Source of the DNA: Bacteroidota bacterium
Lineage (GTDB): Bacteria > Bacteroidota > Rhodothermia > Rhodothermales > Bin80
Direction: 5' to 3'
DNA length: 35,178 nucleotides
Assembly (NCBI GenBank): GCA_026702635.1
Contig: JAPPBZ010000181.1
Coordinates: 1-35,178 of the forward strand
The translations under genes were made by a program, and so were the position numbers. Shown one piece after another: positions 28,733 to 35,178 of the stretch. A model generated the notes under the pieces. It was given only the letters and a program-made list of their open reading frames with translations, was not told the DNA's origin and ran no database searches. Positions within the stretch are counted from its first letter, which is position 1. Every line of letters begins with the position of its first letter.

Positions 28733-29064
28733 GGCCTCATCTTTATGTGACTCCCAGATCTGATGCGCTTTGGGAGTCGATCTTCGTCCAGATCTAAGCC
28801 GAGTGTGTCGTTAGTGCGATCAGCGACCTGTCCTAGGTTCCTGGCCAGCCCTAAGATCGCCAACACGGAAAGGTACGCACCCATTGAAACCGTTGGATCC
28901 CCCTTTTCTATCCGAGCGAGTGTGCTGCGACTCAAGAAAGCGCGTTCAGCCATGGAAACAGTTGAAATACGTCGTTTCTTACGTGCGACCGTAATGTCGG
29001 CACCTAGTTTCCTCAAGGCTTTTCGAGCAACGATAGGAAGTGTTGAGGTTGAAAGCGACTTCAT
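28729..29064 (-). CDS. XRE-family HTH protein, HipB/Y4mF-like antitoxin or regulator
   Basis: The protein is 111 aa. Its HTH core reads LRKLGADITVARKKRRISTVSMAERAFLSRSTLARIEKGDPTVSMGAYLSVLAILGL, and the ...vl.aLGL ending is typical of HipB/Y4mF-type regulators. It is divergent from the mobC-like gene across an AT-rich intergenic region. Confidence 0.75.
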   Translation of the reverse strand: MKSLSTSTLPIVARKALRKLGADITVARKKRRISTVSMAERAFLSRSTLARIEKGDPTVSMGAYLSVLAILGLARNLGQVADRTNDTLGLDLDEDRLPKRIRSGSHIKMRP

Positions 29065-29391
29065 TTTGTATTATCAATGAATTATAATATTTCATAATGG
29101 ATTATACATAAATCACTAAACTCTGTTGTCGTGGCGTAAGTCTAACCACACATGGATAAAGTCAGAGGAAGCCCTGGTCAATGTACTTCTGGGGGATTCT
29201 TATGGCGGATTGTTCGGCAATAGGGAGGTTTTCCCCATTCTGGGGGTATCAACTGAAGATCTACTAGCCCTCCTTGAAGCTCGATCGACTTCTTCTTTTC
29301 CCTCCCTTCTACTTTGTTCAAAGAGTAACATTTTGTCGACCTGATTCGCCACCCCTGCGCGTACGCTCAGGAAACTATCCAACCTCCGGTC

Positions 29392-29685
29392 GTGGACAAT
29401 AAAAAGCTCGAAACCAAGGTCTTTACCTGTCTAACACTACAACAGAGGCAGGTGCTAGAGCGCCGGGCACAGAGTCTGGGTATGAGTTTATCGGCTTTTT
29501 TGCGGGGTTTGATAACGAACTCCAAGCAAACTGCCAAAGAGACTCTGGCCCGTGAATGGGTATCGGTTGCACTACAACTTCAAAAATTGCAATCAGATGG
29601 TCGCGAAAACGCTGAGATCCAAACGATTCTGGAGAAGCTGAAACAACTCATTCAGCGCACAACTTCGGGGCGGAACACAGATTAG
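29392..29685 (+). CDS. MobC-like ribbon-helix-helix relaxosome accessory protein
   Basis: The protein is 97 aa with a GTG start. The segment KVFTCLTLQQRQVLERRAQSLGMSLSAFLRGLI fits the MobC/RHH pattern (beta-strand, then E...L...A...G.S.S.ylR). It lies directly upstream of the relaxase. Confidence 0.65.
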   Translation: MDNKKLETKVFTCLTLQQRQVLERRAQSLGMSLSAFLRGLITNSKQTAKETLAREWVSVALQLQKLQSDGRENAEIQTILEKLKQLIQRTTSGRNTD

Positions 29686-29693
29686 GAGATTCG

Positions 29694-30692
29694 ATGATTT
29701 GTGCAAGTCGGCTATCAAACAACTTTCGTGCAGTTGCCCGCTATCTGGAGTCGCCCAAATCCCATCGAGAAGACCGTGTCCGGGTTACATGGGTTGAAGG
29801 GCGAAATGTGATCTCTGACGAAAATCTTCAGGCTGCCGCTAGAGAAATGAAGCTGATCTCAGCAGCAAACCCTCGAGTCAAACGCCCGGTTCTGCACATA
29901 TCTATTTCTTGGGCACCGGACGATGATCCGTCCAGAAGTCAAATGGCGGAAGTGTTCGACCGGGTACTTGCAAAGCTCAACCTTGAGGAGCATCAGGCCA
30001 TGCTGGTTGCGCATGGCGATGAACACTATGCGCATGTGCATGCGATAGCGAATCGTGTCCACCCGATCACTCGGCGGACTCGCACGTTGGGTTTCTTTTA
30101 CAGGGACATAGAGGAAACACTGCGAAAAGCGGAGCGAGAAATGAACTTCCGCGAAACTCCAGGGCATTATTATCAACTCCCCGGACAAGCTCCCCCAGAT
30201 CGCCGTGAATCGCTTTCCAAAGAGGCGCACAAAGCGACCCAGTCCCGAGGAGAGGTGCCGTTTCAGGTGCTCGTGCGTGATGCTGCAGAGGTGGACTTCG
30301 ATGCAGCGAGCAGCTGGAAGAATTTACATGCACGGCTTGATCAGCATGGACTTCGGCTGCTACCCAGAGGCAGCGGCTTGGTGGTAACCGATGGTCATGA
30401 ATACGCAAAATGCAGCAGCGTTGCCAATAACGCCTCTCTACGCAAACTGGAAGCACGCTTTGGTGAATCCTGGCGCAGCACCGAGGATATCTCACTGGAT
30501 CAACAGGTCCAGAAACTCAAGCAAGTGAAAATTGCAGATCTGACCGCAATTGGTAAACAATCCATCGCCCGGGAATTCATGCAGTTGGATAACAAGGTTC
30601 TTGGACTCAAAGCCAGACTAAGTCAAGCAGTATTCCAGTCATTGAAAGTACTGGCAAATGACGAAAGACAAAGGGGAGATCTTGGACTCTAG
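29694..30692 (+). CDS. relaxase/mobilisation nuclease (MobA/VirD2-type domain), small form
   Basis: The protein is 332 aa. It has an N-terminal Tyr context (FRAVARYLESP), LHISISWAPDD and the histidine triad VAHGDEHYAHVHAIANRVHP (the H.D....H.H motif). A strong Shine-Dalgarno AGGAG lies at 29684-29688, 5 nt before the ATG. Confidence 0.85.
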   Translation: MICASRLSNNFRAVARYLESPKSHREDRVRVTWVEGRNVISDENLQAAAREMKLISAANPRVKRPVLHISISWAPDDDPSRSQMAEVFDRVLAKLNLEEHQAMLVAHGDEHYAHVHAIANRVHPITRRTRTLGFFYRDIEETLRKAEREMNFRETPGHYYQLPGQAPPDRRESLSKEAHKATQSRGEVPFQVLVRDAAEVDFDAASSWKNLHARLDQHGLRLLPRGSGLVVTDGHEYAKCSSVANNASLRKLEARFGESWRSTEDISLDQQVQKLKQVKIADLTAIGKQSIAREFMQLDNKVLGLKARLSQAVFQSLKVLANDERQRGDLGL

Positions 30693-31026
30693 ACCCGGCA
30701 GCCTTCGAGACCGTGCACAGAAGACCTTCACGGATCATATCCGCAAGGAATTGGCACCGGTTCTTGAAGCACTCAAAGGAAATCAAATGGACCTGCAAAC
30801 CTGTGTCCGTCAAATGAAGACGCTTCTGCATGTTCAACAAGAGCCCTGGAGAAAAGCAGGGACGATGTTGTGGGGGATTGTTCTGGGCGTGCTCCTGTTT
30901 GCACTGCTACAGCCCAGAGTTCAGTACACCCATGATGCATGTGCACTGGGAAATAAGATCATGGCGGCCCCGTCGACATTGTCTGACTCCGAACGTGCCC
31001 TGATTGAAAGGATCGCCAGCGAGTGA
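30658..31026 (+). CDS. hypothetical single-pass membrane protein downstream of relaxase
   Basis: The protein is 122 aa with one clear TM helix (MLWGIVLGVLLFALL). It overlaps the relaxase 3' end by 35 nt, and an alternative start at 30787 would remove the overlap. I recognise no family. Confidence 0.45.
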   Translation: MTKDKGEILDSRPGSLRDRAQKTFTDHIRKELAPVLEALKGNQMDLQTCVRQMKTLLHVQQEPWRKAGTMLWGIVLGVLLFALLQPRVQYTHDACALGNKIMAAPSTLSDSERALIERIASE

Positions 31027-31108
31027 TCTTGCCTTCCTCGTAGCAATTGATCCGTGGCATCTGGTGTACGGCTGCGTATGACCCCATCATCTTACAAAGG
31101 CGAATAAC

Positions 31109-31993
31109 GTGCAGCAGAGTACATTTCTTGCAGTTTTCCTGTTTATCAGCAGCTTGGCGCAGGCGCAGCAGCCAGCTCCAGAGCGTATCGTAAATGTATC
31201 CGGACCCGTTCAGCCAGCCATCGATCAACAGATCTCCAGCTTCAGTACCGGAGGGCGAGCGGACGTACTCCGGCAGTCCGATGTGTTGATTTATCCGTAC
31301 GGGATCTATCAGCCCGTCCTGACCTGTACAGTGCTCCGCGCATGTATTGTCGAACTTCAAGCGGGGGAAACCCTGATCAGTTTGATTGCCGGAGATGACC
31401 AGCGGTGGTTGATTGATCATACTGCTACGGGGACGGGAGCAGAAACGGCAATCATCTCGGTCAAGCCAATTGACCACAATATCACGACGAACCTCATTAT
31501 TTCCACGGATCGCCGGGTGTACCATATCACCCTTGACAGCCCACCATATACCACGAAGAGGAATGAGTATAATCCCCAACATCAGTACACGCGACACATC
31601 CGATTTTACTATCCTGCTGAACCCAAATTCGCATCTGTGCCTGTACGCGAGCGGTCACATCCGTCTAATGGTCTTTCACTGAAGAAGTTGAATCACCACT
31701 ACACTTGGCGGGCAGAAAAAGGATTCCCCTGGGTTCCCTCGGCAGTATTTGACGATGGCGAACGCGTTTATATACGGATTCCATCCCATGCATACTCAGA
31801 AGATCAACCGCTTCTAAGCATTGGAACACGCGGTAGTGAGCGCGTCGCTGATTATGTCGTACGTGATGGGTATTTCATTGTAGACGGACTTTTTGAGCAG
31901 GCACGACTGATTACTGGCGGGATTGCACGCAAGGGCTTCTTCCGGAAGAAACGGTATACGCAGCGCGCCCTGCACCTCTACAGAGCAAAATGA
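31109..31993 (+). CDS. trbG: T4SS outer-membrane core protein TrbG/VirB9 family
   Basis: The protein is 294 aa with a GTG start and a signal peptide (FLAVFLFISSLAQA|QQ). Beta-rich segments are typical of VirB9/CagX-type proteins (TNLIISTDRRVYHITL, ERVYIRIP). It has an ATGA overlap with trbI. Confidence 0.8.
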   Translation: MQQSTFLAVFLFISSLAQAQQPAPERIVNVSGPVQPAIDQQISSFSTGGRADVLRQSDVLIYPYGIYQPVLTCTVLRACIVELQAGETLISLIAGDDQRWLIDHTATGTGAETAIISVKPIDHNITTNLIISTDRRVYHITLDSPPYTTKRNEYNPQHQYTRHIRFYYPAEPKFASVPVRERSHPSNGLSLKKLNHHYTWRAEKGFPWVPSAVFDDGERVYIRIPSHAYSEDQPLLSIGTRGSERVADYVVRDGYFIVDGLFEQARLITGGIARKGFFRKKRYTQRALHLYRAK

Positions 31994-32946
31994 TCGGTAA
32001 CCTGAACGAATCCGAAAATGAAGGAGCCGAATTTGTTGATCCGGTTTCTGTTACAAGATTATCTAAACGAAATATCCTGGCCCTAGCACTGAGTCTGGCA
32101 GGAGTATTACTTGTATTGTTTTTCAGTAGCCGCCGTCAACCAGCAGAATCCAACACCGAGTACGAGTTGGCCCCAGCACCCGCCGTAGATGTACTCACAT
32201 TGGCACCGGTCGAACCGCGTACTCCGATACCCAGCCCCTGGGAGCCCTCCACATCAACACGCCCGGAGCGCTCAGACGAGCGAAAATCCACCTATGATCA
32301 GGCGCGCCAGTCCCGCGGAGTTCTACATGTTTCGAGTATAGTGAATCCAGACAGTACCCAAGAGCCTTCCATCGTCACAGAAGAAGAGGAAGATCTGATC
32401 CTTCTGGAAGGTAGCGTGATAACCGCCGCCCTTGAAACAGGCATACATACGGGCCGACCTGGCCCGGTTCGTGCACGAGTTGTGCGGCCGGTCCGGGACT
32501 CCAAACGGCTGGAGCAGGTGCTGATTCCAGCCGGCACACAACTCATTGGTGCAATGGAAGGAACGCTTGCAGGAGAAGAGCCACGGGCCCTCATTGTATG
32601 GAATCGAATGGTCTTCCCGAATGGAGAGACTAGAGACTTGCCGGGGCTTCCTGCACTTGACCAAAGTGGTGAGGGAGGGTTACAGGATAAGGTAAAACGT
32701 CATCGAGCCCAACGGTTTGGTAGTGCAGCGATGTTAGCACTGATCGGGAGCGCCACCTCTATCGCCACCGCCACAACGGCTGGCAGTCTGGTGGGCGGCT
32801 CGCTGGCATTGGAATTGTCTCGCACCGCATCCGGTCAACTGGATCGTGGCAGCCGCCGGCAGCCGACACTCATCCTCCGTCCAGGGTATCAGTTTCTGGT
32901 GTACGTGTCCAGAGATATGGCATTTTCGGGACCGTACGTTGAATAG
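31990..32946 (+). CDS. trbI: T4SS core protein TrbI/VirB10 family
   Basis: The protein is 318 aa. It has an N-terminal TM segment (ILALALSLAGVLLVLFF) and a Pro-rich linker. The conserved C-domain reads LIPAGTQLIGAMEG...ALIVWNRMVFPNGETRDLPGLPALDQSGEGGLQDKVKRH. Confidence 0.85.
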   Translation: MIGNLNESENEGAEFVDPVSVTRLSKRNILALALSLAGVLLVLFFSSRRQPAESNTEYELAPAPAVDVLTLAPVEPRTPIPSPWEPSTSTRPERSDERKSTYDQARQSRGVLHVSSIVNPDSTQEPSIVTEEEEDLILLEGSVITAALETGIHTGRPGPVRARVVRPVRDSKRLEQVLIPAGTQLIGAMEGTLAGEEPRALIVWNRMVFPNGETRDLPGLPALDQSGEGGLQDKVKRHRAQRFGSAAMLALIGSATSIATATTAGSLVGGSLALELSRTASGQLDRGSRRQPTLILRPGYQFLVYVSRDMAFSGPYVE

Positions 32947-33004
32947 GACCGCACAGGAACGACTCTACGGCTGGACTGCTCCTCGCTCTCTGGGGATTCG
33001 AAGT

Positions 33005-34747
33005 ATGCTCACGCTCCTGGTTCTCTTCCCTCTCGTGAGTTGCCAAGTTGCGCTTACTGTCATGACGCTCATTTGGGGACCACCTGCTGCCGCCCCTCTC
33101 CTTCCCTATGAGCCTACACGGGTAATCCTTTTGAGTGCGGCAGCAGTGACAGCGCCATGGCTGCTCAAACCCTCAATGCGCGCGCCCCTCTTTCCGCTCA
33201 TTGTCGCACTCTGTCTGATGAGTATCGTGCCATTATTTAGCCCCCATCATGTATTCCTGGCAATTGTGAATGCTCTGGGTAGACCAGAATTGATGGGAGT
33301 TGTCATCGGAGCTCTTGGGGTCGGCGGGTTGATGGGAATGCTCGTAGTCCGGGGAATCATGACACGGACGGCTGAGCAGCTTTCGTTAGCCAAAGGCTCT
33401 ACGCAGTGGGGAAATGCACATGCATTGAAAAAACCTACCAAAGGGCTGCTTCTCGGAAAGATGGGAGGAGACTATCTGCGATATGATGGGGATGGACATC
33501 TGCTTACGGTGGCAGCAACACGCAGCGGAAAAGGACTCGGACCTGTCATACCCAACCTTCTGAATTACGAAGGCAGCATGCTGGTCACGGATCCAAAGGG
33601 AGAAAACTATGCAGTAACCGCCGCTTGGCGGCGGGATTATCTGGGACAGAAAATCGTGGCATTGGATCCCTTCGGGCTTGTCGAAACGTGTAACACCAAA
33701 GTGGCATCTCTGAACCCGATGGATTTTATTGACCTTGATGGAGAAGATTATGTGGAAACGGCAATGATGCTTGCTGATATGATGATCGGCCGGGGTCGTC
33801 AGACCGAAGAATCTCACTGGAGAATGGAAGCAAAAGGGTTACTGCTGAGCTTCATTCTATATGTGGCAGAAAGGGACGAGTTCAAAGATGAACGGAATCT
33901 GATCAAAGTACGCAGTCTTTTGACACAGGACAGTGAGGGGATGGATCAGACATTGAGGTCAATGAAGGAAAGTGACCTGCCCCAAGTGAAGGAAGGGGCC
34001 TGCCGGATCGAGCAGAAGGCCGATCGTGAGCGTAGTGGTGTCTTTTCCACCGCGCAAAGCCATACCCATTTCTTGAGCAGCCCCCGGATGCAGCATGTAC
34101 TTACGAGTACGAGCTGCGACCTAGAAGATTTGCGGCGTGGAAAAATGACGGGATATATCATTCTCCCCCGGGAATATCTGAGTACATTTGCTCCGTGGCT
34201 CCGCCTTATGATTAGCTGTTGTTACTATGCCTGCACCCACGGTGCTACAAAAAAATCTCGTCCAGAGCAGCGGGTGGTCTTCCTCCTGGACGAATTTGCC
34301 AACCTCGGATATATGCGGAATATCAAGGAGGCCGTGTCCTTAGGAGGTGGTTACGGCCTGACGATGTGGCTGATCCTACAGGATCTGGCACAACTCAGGC
34401 GGGAGTATCACAGCGAATGGGAAAGCTTTTTGGCCAACTGCGATGTGATTCAGGCGTTTGCGATACAGGATCCATTCACAAGCCAAAAGATTGCGCAGCT
34501 CCTCGGAGAAATGTCAATCTGGCAGCGTAGGCTGAACAAGGGGGATAAGCACCAATTCGGGAAACTGCGCGCGGGCTATGAGGAGGGGAGTCGCCCGCTG
34601 TTGAAGCCTGATGAGTTGCGAAGACTCCACCCTGCCCGCCAACTGCTATTTGTACGTCCATACCAGCCCGTAGCGGCAGACAAGTTCGTCTACTACAAAG
34701 ATCCATTAACCGCATCCCGTGCGCAACCAAACCCATTTGTCGGTTGA
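33005..34747 (+). CDS. traG: type IV coupling protein, TraG/VirD4 family
   Basis: Walker A context is VAATRSGKGLGPVIPNLL and Walker B is VVFLLDEFANLG. N-terminal TM helices are present. The tracked ORF begins at 32846 and overlaps trbI by 100 nt. The ATG at 33005 (MLTLLVLFPLV...) is the more plausible start. Confidence 0.9.
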   Translation: MLTLLVLFPLVSCQVALTVMTLIWGPPAAAPLLPYEPTRVILLSAAAVTAPWLLKPSMRAPLFPLIVALCLMSIVPLFSPHHVFLAIVNALGRPELMGVVIGALGVGGLMGMLVVRGIMTRTAEQLSLAKGSTQWGNAHALKKPTKGLLLGKMGGDYLRYDGDGHLLTVAATRSGKGLGPVIPNLLNYEGSMLVTDPKGENYAVTAAWRRDYLGQKIVALDPFGLVETCNTKVASLNPMDFIDLDGEDYVETAMMLADMMIGRGRQTEESHWRMEAKGLLLSFILYVAERDEFKDERNLIKVRSLLTQDSEGMDQTLRSMKESDLPQVKEGACRIEQKADRERSGVFSTAQSHTHFLSSPRMQHVLTSTSCDLEDLRRGKMTGYIILPREYLSTFAPWLRLMISCCYYACTHGATKKSRPEQRVVFLLDEFANLGYMRNIKEAVSLGGGYGLTMWLILQDLAQLRREYHSEWESFLANCDVIQAFAIQDPFTSQKIAQLLGEMSIWQRRLNKGDKHQFGKLRAGYEEGSRPLLKPDELRRLHPARQLLFVRPYQPVAADKFVYYKDPLTASRAQPNPFVG

Positions 34748-34787
34748 TGTCCGCGTAGGATGAAACAGGGATCGGATTGAATAAGAA

Positions 34788-34819
34788 CAGGTGATTATTT
34801 CCGTAGAAATAATCACCTG
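34788..34819. terminator. perfect 14-bp hairpin between convergent traG and trbB (probable bidirectional terminator)
   Basis: The sequence is CAGGTGATTATTTC-cgta-GAAATAATCACCTG. A T-rich run (TTCTTATTC) follows on the minus strand. No clear T-tract follows on the plus strand. Confidence 0.6.
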
Positions 34820-34851
34820 CCCGCTCACTTCAAAGCTTTCGTCTCATTTAC

Positions 34852-35178
34852 TCAACTCATGTTTTGGATAGTGAATCCGCTTGGGGTCCAGCCTGTGACC
34901 TTTACGATCTGACGAACACGACGCGCCTTTCCAAAACCAGCAATGACGACCACAATATTCACTGCACGGAGTACGAGATGCTTCTGATCAATACCGCGTG
35001 CCCCCTCACGGGCAAGATCACTTAAGCGCTCCAAGGCCCTATCGGCGTCTTCGCCGTGAATTGTTGCACATCCGCCAGGATGGCCGGTAATCCATGCATC
35101 CAATAGGTCTTTCGCTGACCCATCGCGCACTTCCCCAACAATAATTCGATTGGGAGTGACACGCAGACTGAATTTTAC
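34852..35178 (-). CDS. trbB: T4SS ATPase TrbB/VirB11 family, C-terminal part (gene runs off the window)
   Basis: The reading frame is open to the window edge (...VKFSLRVTPNRIIVGEVRDGSAKDLLDAWITGHPGGCATIHGEDADRALERL...). It matches the VirB11/TrbB signature (r.dPd.I.vGEvR...a...l.a..TGH.G..tT.Ha). The M at 35130 in the ORF track is an internal GTG. Confidence 0.85.
   Translation of the reverse strand, partial: VKFSLRVTPNRIIVGEVRDGSAKDLLDAWITGHPGGCATIHGEDADRALERLSDLAREGARGIDQKHLVLRAVNIVVVIAGFGKARRVRQIVKVTGWTPSGFTIQNMS

Larger units (their letters stand above)
23190..35178. mobile_element. conjugative/mobilisable element segment carrying a P-type (Trb/VirB-like, MPF-T-like) T4SS, coupling protein and relaxase; boundaries not in view
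   Basis: The segment holds a contiguous set of T4SS, T4CP and relaxosome genes (individual entries below). No integrase, att site or replication gene is visible in the window. The left end is somewhere in 22350-23190 and the right end lies beyond the window. Confidence 0.6.

Noticed and set aside
23180-34736. Antisense or embedded ORFs across the T4SS genes (e.g. 23193-23558, 27941-28402, 30067-30495, 30959-31597, 33386-33817, minus strand; 24788-25201, 25472-25801, plus strand alternative frames)
   Set aside because: Each is nested within or opposite a gene with strong family motifs (TrbC/D, TrbF, relaxase, TrbG, TraG, TrbE). None has a recognisable motif of its own.
1-35178. CRISPR arrays, tRNA/rRNA genes, IS elements with terminal inverted repeats, integrase genes
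   Set aside because: I scanned the intergenic regions (1-142, 9237-9985, 15623-16691, 22350-23189, 28632-29391, 31027-31108, 34748-34851) by eye. I found no regularly spaced repeats, tRNA T-loop/acceptor patterns, transposase-like ORFs or recombinase motifs.

Overview
The window has three blocks and looks like a Bacteroidota-type genome, because it carries a SusC/SusD pair and T9SS C-terminal sorting domains. No rRNA, tRNA or CRISPR array was seen.

(1) 143-9236, minus strand. This is a SusC/SusD-type outer-membrane uptake locus. It encodes a SusC-like TonB-dependent transporter, a SusD-like lipoprotein, a small lipoprotein and a ~1200-aa FG-GAP/VCBS plus ASPIC/UnbV lipoprotein. No recognisable glycoside hydrolase or intact regulator is present.

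(2) 9903-22349, minus strand. Two tandem paralogous genes encode ~1880-aa secreted proteins. Each has a signal peptide, a beta-helix-like N-terminus, a Calx-beta module, DUF4397-like modules and a T9SS C-terminal sorting domain. Their divergence is mosaic. The 3' 395 bp (terminator plus sorting domain) is base-for-base identical, the ends are conserved, and the central ~300 aa is strongly diverged. A ~230-bp conserved non-ORF element lies just upstream of susC-like and of giant paralog 1, but not of paralog 2.

(3) ~23190-35178. This is a P-type (Trb/VirB-like) type IV secretion/conjugation cluster: trbC-D-E-J-L-F, then trbG-I-traG, with a convergent partial trbB at the window edge. The mating-pair operon is interrupted between trbF and trbG by a ~2.5-kb module. 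That module holds a HipB-like HTH gene, a 29-codon hipA stub, a MobC-like RHH protein, a small MobA/VirD2-type relaxase and an unknown membrane ORF.

All calls come from reading the translations and the DNA by eye. No database search was run.
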